The notes under the pieces were generated by a model that was not told the DNA's origin, ran no database searches, and saw only the letters and a list, made by a program, of their open reading frames with translations. 37,839 nt of DNA. It comes from an uncultured virus (IMG/VR IMGVR_UViG_3300025327_000016) (taxonomy: Duplodnaviria > Heunggongvirae > Uroviricota > Caudoviricetes). The stretch covers positions 62,001 to 99,839 of the IMG/VR virus record IMGVR_UViG_3300025327_000016. The stretch is one strand, 5' to 3'. Each line of letters opens with the position of its first letter. Position 1 is the first letter of the stretch. Positions 27,942-35,795 of the stretch are shown here, one piece after another. A program made the translations under genes and the position numbers.

Positions 27942-28512
27942 GACAAATAAGCAACCACTTACTCCTCCGTCAATATTGACGGTAGATAATGAGGCTTTAA
28001 CGTCTCTCGTCCCTCGTAAGAAAGTCATATCTATTCTTGCAATAGACCCGTCTAATACAACAGGTATCGTTGTTATACGATGTTCTCTTAAGGAAGGGCA
28101 CAGCCCTTCTATCATAACAGCTGCTGATTTTCACCTTAAGGATATACATCCTACTTCAGCTAGGCTTCTTGAGCTTAATCATCAACTAACTAATCTTATA
28201 GAGCATCATCGCATAGATCTTATTATTATCGAAGATATATTCTATAGAGGATTGGTGGCTACCTTTAGATATCTATCTCAAATGCGTGGTGCTATCATGC
28301 TGACAGCTGCTGCTCACAGATTGCCCATCATCGCTATCAATAATCGAAGAGCCAAGAAAGTAGTTGCAGAAAGTGGAGATGCATCTAAGTTAGATATGCA
28401 AATAGCTATAGAAGGATTAAGTGGTGTTGAAGGCCTCACAGAGGCCCAATCTGATGCTCTGGCTCTATTTTACACGTTCATGTTGGTACCTGAACACTTC
28501 GAGAAATTATAA
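27889..28512 (+). CDS. ruvC: Holliday junction resolvase RuvC-like (start uncertain)
   Basis: ILAIDPS..TG, IIIED, RGAI, KK.V...G.ASK..M and SDALAL motifs. Confidence 0.85.
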   Translation: MNQKKYFQRPINLQKPTETNKQPLTPPSILTVDNEALTSLVPRKKVISILAIDPSNTTGIVVIRCSLKEGHSPSIITAADFHLKDIHPTSARLLELNHQLTNLIEHHRIDLIIIEDIFYRGLVATFRYLSQMRGAIMLTAAAHRLPIIAINNRRAKKVVAESGDASKLDMQIAIEGLSGVEGLTEAQSDALALFYTFMLVPEHFEKL

Positions 28513-28523
28513 ATAGGAGCATT

Positions 28524-29504
28524 ATGAAAAAGAAAAACATCACAACTACGATCAAACCACCTAAGGAATATAAGAATCCACCTCCCACAGAAGAAGAAGT
28601 TTTACTTTGGTCAATAGTTAAACGTCATAAGCAAGGCGATCAGCTAGCAACTATAGATATGATGGATAAGTTTCACGATTTCTTAGAGCAATTCATACGT
28701 ATTATTAAAATGAATACTCTTCTGTTATCATCACCTACTCAAAGACATTTTGTTAGCCTATTCATAGGCGATAAAGAAGTAGTCTACGGCTTACGTTCTA
28801 AAAAACTTAGCACTCATGTTAAGGAGGCTGCTTATAATGCAGCCTACCACATATTCTGTTGCTATAAAATAATATCTGTAGAAGACATCCGTCAAGATAT
28901 GGCGGAAGTTATAGTTAAAGCAATGAACTATTATAAGGGCACAGATGAAAACATATATTGGTTAAGATATTTTATTAAGTCTTTTATATGTAACTTTGCT
29001 CGTAAGGTCAAAGAGAACATGCGTGATCCTCTTGTGTCTATGTCAGCAGAAAACTTAATTTCCATAGACGATGAAGGGGAAAACTTGCAATTAGATGCAC
29101 GTTATGGTAATATAGACCTGCAGAATGCTAGTATTGACACAGTAGAACATCTTGGAAAAGAAAGATTGTCAACACTAGGACCAGTTGAATATCTAGATTT
29201 TGGGAATAGTGAACTTGGAATAAATTGGGTACAAGGTATTACATGCGGAGATTTATTCTCCAAGCTCTGGCCAATAGAGCGTTATTACCTTAAGCTCTTT
29301 TATTATGATGAGCTCACAATACCTAAAGCAGCTAGAATGGCTGGTATTAGTATGACAACAATGAAGCGTCGCAAGAAATCTATACTTCAAAAACTAGCAG
29401 ATCTAAAAATACTCGTAGATCAAGGAGAAGATATTAGCCATATACACTTTAGGGAATATGCTTGTTTCCTAAACAAACGTGGCAATAAGCCCTTAAGCGA
29501 GTAA
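28524..29504 (+). CDS. phage-encoded sigma70-family RNA polymerase sigma factor
   Basis: K.GDQ.A near the N-terminus, EDIRQD (region 2-like), and region 4 HTH ERYYLKLFYYDELTIPKAARMAGISMTTMKRRKKSILQKL. Confidence 0.72.
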   Translation: MKKKNITTTIKPPKEYKNPPPTEEEVLLWSIVKRHKQGDQLATIDMMDKFHDFLEQFIRIIKMNTLLLSSPTQRHFVSLFIGDKEVVYGLRSKKLSTHVKEAAYNAAYHIFCCYKIISVEDIRQDMAEVIVKAMNYYKGTDENIYWLRYFIKSFICNFARKVKENMRDPLVSMSAENLISIDDEGENLQLDARYGNIDLQNASIDTVEHLGKERLSTLGPVEYLDFGNSELGINWVQGITCGDLFSKLWPIERYYLKLFYYDELTIPKAARMAGISMTTMKRRKKSILQKLADLKILVDQGEDISHIHFREYACFLNKRGNKPLSE

Positions 29505-29529
29505 CTAAACTAATAGGGGGTACCTAATA

Positions 29530-30384
29530 GTGTTAGAACGCAGGCTGTCACCAGAAGAACGTGAGGAACACAGTAAACTAGCCCTTCAATTAGCATCCCA
29601 ACTTGAGCAAGATCTAGATCATGTGATGCAAGCCCGTCACGCCTCAAATACTCGTGACTATATGGTATTCCATCCATCAGCAGTTGGTAAGTGCTTACGC
29701 AAACAAGTACTCCAAGCTTTAGTCCCATCAGAAGGTAAGGAACCCTTCACTTCAAACACACTACGCAAATTTGACAATGGTCATTACTACCACAGTAGAC
29801 TTCTCGAAGAAATGGAAGAAGCTGGTTATGTTGTTAAAGACGAACTTGGTCTTAAAAATCCTGAGGTTAATAGTGGTGGACACACAGATCAATTATGTTT
29901 AGCCAACATACCAGGATATGGTGGTCTCATGTTCTTGGTAGAAGCAAAGAGCATGAACAGTAGGTCGTTTGAAGATGCCAAGAAAAATGGCATCTCTCAA
30001 GACTATAAAGATCAATTAATGGTTTACTTACATCTAACAGGATTAACCGTAGGTATCTTTGTATGTGAGAACAAAGATAGTCAAGATAGACTCTATACAC
30101 CTCTTATATATGATAGAAATACCGCATTAGCCCTTATTGATAAAGCTAAATCATTTAATGAGAACGTAGCTAATAAAACAGTACCTCCTATACCACAAGG
30201 TCTTAATCCTTATACAACCTCACCTGGCAGTAGTAAGGAGTGTTACTATTGTGGTCTTAAAGACTTGTGTCGTGCTAACGTAGAAGGCAGATGGAGGGTT
30301 GGAGACGAAGTAATTAAATCTATTAACACCCCTGAAGAAAAGAGCTTGGCTTTTCTAAGTAAAAAAGCCAAGAAGAAGGTCTAA
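29530..30384 (+). CDS. Cas4-like PD-(D/E)xK exonuclease with Fe-S cysteines
   Basis: HPSAVGKCLRK, G...H, GHTD, VEAKS, QLMVY and CYYCGLKDLC all intact. Confidence 0.85.
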   Translation: MLERRLSPEEREEHSKLALQLASQLEQDLDHVMQARHASNTRDYMVFHPSAVGKCLRKQVLQALVPSEGKEPFTSNTLRKFDNGHYYHSRLLEEMEEAGYVVKDELGLKNPEVNSGGHTDQLCLANIPGYGGLMFLVEAKSMNSRSFEDAKKNGISQDYKDQLMVYLHLTGLTVGIFVCENKDSQDRLYTPLIYDRNTALALIDKAKSFNENVANKTVPPIPQGLNPYTTSPGSSKECYYCGLKDLCRANVEGRWRVGDEVIKSINTPEEKSLAFLSKKAKKKV

Positions 30385-30388
30385 TAGA

Positions 30389-30877
30389 ATGAAAGTACGT
30401 CGCAAAAATGAATCACTAGAACATTATATACTTAAGCGTCTAGGCATACAGTGGCTTTGGATGAGTGGTTTTAGATCTATGGCTATAGAAGTAGCTATAA
30501 GTAATTACATCCATGATGTTGCTGGATGGGGTATGACTAAATATGAGAAGCGTAGTGGTGGGCAGCCCTATGGCATAATGATAGAAGCCAAGGCTGTTAA
30601 GAGTGACTTTACTCATGCCAAAGAACAAGCCAAGCAAACTAAATTAACAGCAATGCCTATAGCTAAGAAACAATTATTTATAGCTCCCATAGGCGTAATA
30701 CCCGTAGAAGATCTACCCCTTGGATGGGGACTACTAGAAGTTAAGAATATGCGTGAAATAACATTAGTTAAGAAACCACACATACTCATACCTAAGGGTT
30801 GTCAAGGCACACGCCTTGGAGATGAGATAGCTAAAACAAACACGGCTTTGTTACTAAGTGCGCTAGGATTGCTTTAA
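30389..30877 (+). CDS. MmcB-like / restriction-endonuclease-fold protein
   Basis: AIEV ... DV ... IEAK..KSDF ... FIAP.GVIP.EDLP.GWGLL pattern. Confidence 0.7.
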   Translation: MKVRRKNESLEHYILKRLGIQWLWMSGFRSMAIEVAISNYIHDVAGWGMTKYEKRSGGQPYGIMIEAKAVKSDFTHAKEQAKQTKLTAMPIAKKQLFIAPIGVIPVEDLPLGWGLLEVKNMREITLVKKPHILIPKGCQGTRLGDEIAKTNTALLLSALGLL

Positions 30878-30902
30878 CAAAAAACGAAAGGAAGGAAACA
30901 CA

Positions 30903-31331
30903 ATGGGTGTTGAAATCTTTTTATCATCAATGAGTAATGCAACAGAATATCAAGGAGAATATCAAGGAATTGTAGAGATATGGTTGTTGGATGGTGCAAA
31001 CGACAACATACTTGCAACAATAGATAAAATATGTATAAGAAAGGACGAAGAACCCACACCATTCTTCGTAATGGGAGATATTCCAGCGCAGGTTGTTAAA
31101 AAAGAGGGGTGTTGTGGATCGATAGTGTTTAATAAGCCCTTACCAGTTATTAAAACACCACCATCTTCTTTGAAAGTATTAATAATGCGTCAACCACCAA
31201 CGGGTGACGCATATAATATAATACTAGACAAAATCGAATTTATAAAAGAAGGTTGTAGAATATCTCTAGAAGAAGCATATGGTTTTGATATTGCTGTTTT
31301 CGTTGCGAAGATGTGCCAAGGTCTTAGTTGA
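30903..31331 (+). CDS. hypothetical protein (142 aa)
   Basis: AAGGA Shine-Dalgarno; contains a 12-bp tandem repeat encoding EYQG twice. Confidence 0.55.
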   Translation: MGVEIFLSSMSNATEYQGEYQGIVEIWLLDGANDNILATIDKICIRKDEEPTPFFVMGDIPAQVVKKEGCCGSIVFNKPLPVIKTPPSSLKVLIMRQPPTGDAYNIILDKIEFIKEGCRISLEEAYGFDIAVFVAKMCQGLS

Positions 31332-31335
31332 ATAG

Positions 31336-31662
31336 ATGGGGTCACTATGGATATGTGATGAATCCCACACGGGAATTATTATAGTTGATCATATTATTAT
31401 TTATACCAAAGAACCATATGGTAATATGTCCATAGATACCATACAGCATTTAGTAATACGCAATCAAAACATTTCTGTGCCTAGCTATAGTTCTATTAAG
31501 ATTGAGAAATATACTATTAAGGAATATACCAGGGATTTATCTCAAGTAGAGATAATGATTGATTTTGGAGTAGATTCCTGGCACTGTCACATAAAGTGGC
31601 GTCTATATGATATATTGTATAGAAAAGACAATACATACATATGTAGTATTGATAAGGGGTGA
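31336..31662 (+). CDS. hypothetical protein (108 aa)
   Basis: Fills the space between neighbours on the coding strand; no motif. Confidence 0.45.
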   Translation: MGSLWICDESHTGIIIVDHIIIYTKEPYGNMSIDTIQHLVIRNQNISVPSYSSIKIEKYTIKEYTRDLSQVEIMIDFGVDSWHCHIKWRLYDILYRKDNTYICSIDKG

Positions 31663-31666
31663 TACA

Positions 31667-31948
31667 ATGACATGGAGAGATCCTTTCTCAGAGGATAACA
31701 TAGCAGCAATAAACCCACACAATAACTATAAATATACTTACTTTAAATACTTTACATTACCACCTATTGAAACACCTAAGACTACACCAAGTAAGATACC
31801 CCATAAGTGCCCTGTATGTGCAGGTAGGGGTCATATGCCCTATAACTTTTATCAGGATATTAAAGCTATAATTACAACAGATCCAGTTAATTGTAGGAGC
31901 TGTAAGGGTACGGGTATAGTATGGGAAGTACAGGAAATAAATAGTTAA
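31667..31948 (+). CDS. small protein with DnaJ-type Zn finger
   Basis: CPVCAGRG ... CRSCKGTG. Start reassigned to ATG 31667, which follows AAGGGGTG. Confidence 0.65.
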   Translation: MTWRDPFSEDNIAAINPHNNYKYTYFKYFTLPPIETPKTTPSKIPHKCPVCAGRGHMPYNFYQDIKAIITTDPVNCRSCKGTGIVWEVQEINS

Positions 31949-31971
31949 CAACTAAGCCCTCCTAATATTTT

Positions 31972-31994
31972 ATAGCCTCGGTTTCCGAGGCTAT
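31972..31994 (+). terminator. perfect 10-bp hairpin at the replication/structural boundary (terminator or operator)
   Basis: ATAGCCTCGG-TTT-CCGAGGCTAT, followed only by a weak U-tract (TATTAT). Confidence 0.55.
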
Positions 31995-32004
31995 TATTAT
32001 ATGT

Positions 32005-32346
32005 ATGGCTAAGCGCGAAGACGAGTTAGTAGAACATATCAAGAAAACCTCCCAAGCCGCTGTTAGTAATGTGTCTCTTAGTATTAAGTCACACAATCAA
32101 CTAACGCTAGCTCCAGATGTTATTACTCAACTCTCCTCAGATAAGATATTAGTACGTTCATTATTAATCAAATCTATGGGTTCTAACATATCCTTTATCT
32201 ATATTGGCACCGAATTACTAACTACCTCTAATGGATATGTTCTAGAGCCTTCTGAGGTGCTAGGATTAGATGTTAAAGATCCTTCTAGGGTCTACTTATT
32301 ATCATCTGAAGCTGCAACGATATCATGGTTAGGATTAGGTATATAA
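32005..32346 (+). CDS. small beta-rich virion-type protein
   Basis: LLIKS..SN...IYIG......NGYVLEP pattern seen in small phage beta-sandwich proteins; upstream of the fibres. Confidence 0.5.
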   Translation: MAKREDELVEHIKKTSQAAVSNVSLSIKSHNQLTLAPDVITQLSSDKILVRSLLIKSMGSNISFIYIGTELLTTSNGYVLEPSEVLGLDVKDPSRVYLLSSEAATISWLGLGI

Positions 32347-32347
32347 G

Positions 32348-33121
32348 ATGAGTAGAGCATCATCGTCAGGTAGGGGTGGCGGAGGAACTTCATCAGGTAG
32401 TAGTGGTAATAATGGATTACCTAAATCATCTCTTGTGAGTGGAGATGTATTTGCCAGTACAACTATTACCCTAGATGCTTCTCCTGTTACGTCAGGTAAG
32501 TTTGGTAGATTACTAAGTGTAACCTTATCATCACCAGGCTTTGTTAAAATAACCATCCAGCGCATAGAAGGCTTTATACCCACAGATATATCTACAATCA
32601 TATTAACACCTGCTGAATCAGTTGAACCCATACAATTTAATGCTGCCCACGTCATAGCTGGTAATGGCAGCAATCACTTTGCCGTGAAGGTTACTAACTT
32701 AGATGATAGCTCAGATACAACAGCCTATGCCACCATAGAGTGGTTAGAAGGAGCTACCGCCCAACAAGTTAGTGGTGGTTCAGGTGGTGGAGGAAGTACC
32801 TTTATTATGGCTGCTAATCAGTATGGTACAGCTACGGGTGTAGGTATTGCCATCACAGCTACCATAACAAGTTACTTATCAGCAGGTAGTACGTTTCTAC
32901 GAGGATTTATAGCTCGTGGTACGGTAGACGGAGATGTATTCATAGAGGTAAATGGATCACGTAAATACTTTGGACGCATCAATATAGTTGCACCAAGTAT
33001 AGAGGTTATCTTACCTGACCCAGAACTTTTAAGTTCTGGTACTACAGCATCTTTACGGGTAACTAATATTGGTGAGGCTATTGGAGATTATGAAGGAACA
33101 CTCCTTCTTGGTACACAATAA
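32348..33121 (+). CDS. putative structural protein, two beta domains joined by Gly/Ser linkers
   Basis: SSSGRGGGG and SGGSGGGG linkers flank beta-rich domains. Confidence 0.5.
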   Translation: MSRASSSGRGGGGTSSGSSGNNGLPKSSLVSGDVFASTTITLDASPVTSGKFGRLLSVTLSSPGFVKITIQRIEGFIPTDISTIILTPAESVEPIQFNAAHVIAGNGSNHFAVKVTNLDDSSDTTAYATIEWLEGATAQQVSGGSGGGGSTFIMAANQYGTATGVGIAITATITSYLSAGSTFLRGFIARGTVDGDVFIEVNGSRKYFGRINIVAPSIEVILPDPELLSSGTTASLRVTNIGEAIGDYEGTLLLGTQ

Positions 33122-33164
33122 TATATCTTATCTTTGCTATTAAAAATCACAGGGTGATATACTT

Positions 33165-33371
33165 ATGGGTATAGTTGTTAATGGCAAAATACATATGCAA
33201 AGTCCTAATGGTACTCAGTGGTTAGTTAGTGCTGATGACGATGGTACACTAGATACAGCAAGCACCACTGGATTAACAGATACCATTATCTCTTTCCCAT
33301 TAATTAGCCCTCTTAATATTACTTTTACAATAACTATTACTAATGATGGTCAGTTAAATACATCAGGATAG
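33165..33371 (+). CDS. small tail-fibre-associated protein with two SPxx...DG.L repeats
   Basis: QSPNGTQWLVSADDDGTL and ISPLNITFTITITNDGQL. Confidence 0.55.
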   Translation: MGIVVNGKIHMQSPNGTQWLVSADDDGTLDTASTTGLTDTIISFPLISPLNITFTITITNDGQLNTSG

Positions 33372-33386
33372 GATATAATTCTCTAG

Positions 33387-35717
33387 ATGTCACGTCACGT
33401 AACAGTTAATAACAATGATATCCTCACAGGTCTTAAGACCTTCTTAGTGCCTATTGTATTAGCTGGTATTACACCTGCACTTATCATGGATGATACTACC
33501 CTAGACACTACTGTATTTAGAGTACGTAAACTAAGTGGAGACATAGAGATAGTTGATAATCTTACTAATGTAGTTTTACGATCTCTCTTAGGTACAGAAA
33601 CACCTCAGTCAGTTGCAAACACATCAGATCAAGGTACGAGCACTAAACTTGCATTAGCTAATCATACACATCAAGGTGTGCGCTCCGTAAAAGCAGATGG
33701 GTTTAGTGACTTATACGGAGATGTAGCTCTTAGTTTTGGCACAGGATTACTGTTTACTCAAACAGGTAATACTATAGGACTAGATGCTGATCTATCTAAT
33801 ATTGGTGCTTTAGATGTAGGGGACATAGGAAGTCAAGGTACCTCTAACAGGTTATCTCGCGCAGGACATCAACATAAGGGATTACACAGTCTAGCCAAAC
33901 TTGCTTCTACTCAGTTATTTGGAGATATAATTCTCCAAGCTGGTACCAATATGACAATTACCTTAGCTAACCAAGGTATTACGGTATCACAGTCAGGGGC
34001 TGGCGGACCACTACCTACATTCTTTAACTTACCAAATCCCCTACCTGTTACTTCAGGAGGTACGGGATTGAATGGTTATACAATAGGTGACTTGCTTGTA
34101 GCTAATAGTACAATTAGTTTGACTAAGTTAGGTGATGTAGTTGTTGGTAATGTTCTCTTGTCAGGTGGAGTTGGTCAGATACCCTTCTGGGGTAAGGCTA
34201 GTCTATCACAGCATTTTACAGGAACACTTATCACTACTCGCATAGCAGATGGTTCTCCTGCAGGAAGAGCTCTTCAAACTACGGGTAGTGGAGTTGCTTA
34301 CGCTCTACTTGATCTAGCTAATACAACAGGTATATTGCCCTTAGCTAAACTTGCGGACGATATAGTAGCTAATAAACCTCTCCTATCAGGTGGACCAAGT
34401 GCTGATCCTCACTATGGAAGTTTACCTAGTGGGGTAATAACAGGAGACTTAACTCTTAGTCAAATACCAGGCGCCGCTAGTACCAACGTGCCGCTACTAG
34501 CTGGAGGCGCTGGTTCTCCTCCCGATCCAGCTTATGCACCTCTTAATTTAAGTCAGGCAAATGCTACTTCTGGAGGACCATTACCTCTTGATAGGGGTGG
34601 AACAAATAATACAACAATAGATCCAACTAATCATCGTATTATGATTTTTAATGGCAATAGTATTGTGCAAGGTCCAGGTTCTGTTAATACCGATGGACGC
34701 ATACTTATAAATGCTACAGGCGGAGTACCTAAAGAAGCCAATATTATAGCAGGAACAGGTATCTCTATTGTTAATGGACCAGGTTCTATTACCATATCCT
34801 CTACAAGTGGAGGTGCCAGCGCAAGAGACCTACATGAGTGTAGGCTTGTGTTAGATGGTCTTAACTTAAGATTAAGACCCTACAATGGCAATTTCTTAAC
34901 CATATACGAAGCTGGATCTCCTGTAAATAGGGCGTTTAGTGGAGATGGACCAACACTTAGTTCATTAGGTACTTCTATTGCAACCACATATTCTATATTT
35001 GCTTATTGGGATGGCAGCAATATACAGTTAGAGAAACAAGCAATTGCCTCTGGCGGCCAAATAGATGCATATCGAGAATTTCTTACTAGTGGTTTTGTAT
35101 TAATCAAGTTAGGCGATAACACACGAAGATTTGTCGGCATTGCACGTACTAATGATGATGGTAGTGGATGGATTGATACAGAAAGTAAAAGATATTTGTG
35201 GTCATTGTTTAATCAAAGATTAAGATTTGCCCGATCATATCTACAAGTAGGAGGAGATCCTGGTATTTCTGGCACAGGTTATTGGCCCACAACAACTTTT
35301 ACACCAGTAAAAATATTATGTGCTCATTCTCTATATACAGCTTTGAACTCTCTAGACAATTTTTTAGGAGAGCCAGACGTACATCTTACTGGAGAAATAA
35401 CTTATTATAACAATACTGGACTATCCACTTATTTTGAAACGTACTTTGGTATAGGAGCTGGCACTGTGAGTGATACTGTATTTGCAGGACTTGGTATATA
35501 TGGTGCTGGAAAGATCGCAGAAACAGTTCCTATAACTTCAGAAATTAGAGTTGTGAACATGACAAGTAGTTATAGTCGCTATGATTACTTCCCTATTCAT
35601 CCATTGCCATACTCTTATTCTCCTGCATGGTTTACTTTTTTCAATGCTTCTGGAGGCATACCAAAATTAGTTAGCCAAGGCATGTCGGTGTCGCTTACCG
35701 CAACCTATATGGGTTAA
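33387..35717 (+). CDS. tail fibre protein
   Basis: Gly/Thr-rich; HxH repeats (HTHQG, HQHKG); LPVTSGGTG and LPLDRGGT fibre repeats; aromatic-rich C-terminal domain. Confidence 0.75.
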   Translation: MSRHVTVNNNDILTGLKTFLVPIVLAGITPALIMDDTTLDTTVFRVRKLSGDIEIVDNLTNVVLRSLLGTETPQSVANTSDQGTSTKLALANHTHQGVRSVKADGFSDLYGDVALSFGTGLLFTQTGNTIGLDADLSNIGALDVGDIGSQGTSNRLSRAGHQHKGLHSLAKLASTQLFGDIILQAGTNMTITLANQGITVSQSGAGGPLPTFFNLPNPLPVTSGGTGLNGYTIGDLLVANSTISLTKLGDVVVGNVLLSGGVGQIPFWGKASLSQHFTGTLITTRIADGSPAGRALQTTGSGVAYALLDLANTTGILPLAKLADDIVANKPLLSGGPSADPHYGSLPSGVITGDLTLSQIPGAASTNVPLLAGGAGSPPDPAYAPLNLSQANATSGGPLPLDRGGTNNTTIDPTNHRIMIFNGNSIVQGPGSVNTDGRILINATGGVPKEANIIAGTGISIVNGPGSITISSTSGGASARDLHECRLVLDGLNLRLRPYNGNFLTIYEAGSPVNRAFSGDGPTLSSLGTSIATTYSIFAYWDGSNIQLEKQAIASGGQIDAYREFLTSGFVLIKLGDNTRRFVGIARTNDDGSGWIDTESKRYLWSLFNQRLRFARSYLQVGGDPGISGTGYWPTTTFTPVKILCAHSLYTALNSLDNFLGEPDVHLTGEITYYNNTGLSTYFETYFGIGAGTVSDTVFAGLGIYGAGKIAETVPITSEIRVVNMTSSYSRYDYFPIHPLPYSYSPAWFTFFNASGGIPKLVSQGMSVSLTATYMG

Positions 35718-35795
35718 TTAATAATTAACCTGATAAGGGGTTAGTTAAAGGAATATAAAAGGAGCTTTGCTCGATTTTATGAATCGGAGATTCAA

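Noticed and set aside
26702..30384. CRISPR-Cas system suggested by Cas4-like genes
   Set aside because: No repeat-spacer array, cas1/cas2 or effector genes are in the window. Solo Cas4-like nucleases are common in phage replication blocks.
30944..30967. 12-bp tandem repeat AGAATATCAAGG x2
   Set aside because: In-frame two-copy duplication (EYQG EYQG) inside an ORF, most simply explained by slippage.
33134..33163. Possible promoter TTGCTA-18-TATACT with TG extension
   Set aside because: The -10 ends 1 nt before the ATG at 33165 and overlaps that gene's likely ribosome-binding site, so it is ambiguous and was not called.
10745..33389. Amber (TAG) recoding: several TAG-ending ORFs (10747, 21554, 23272, 26668, 33371) are in frame with the next gene
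   Set aside because: Other TAG-ending ORFs are out of frame with their neighbours. Structural ORFs of about 700-880 aa contain no internal TAG, and a consensus promoter lies in the 23273-23308 gap. This fits chance under the standard code.
35718..35795. Possible hairpin or ncRNA between the two fibre genes
   Set aside because: Only a weak AT-rich stem with no U-tract; too short and unstructured to support a call.
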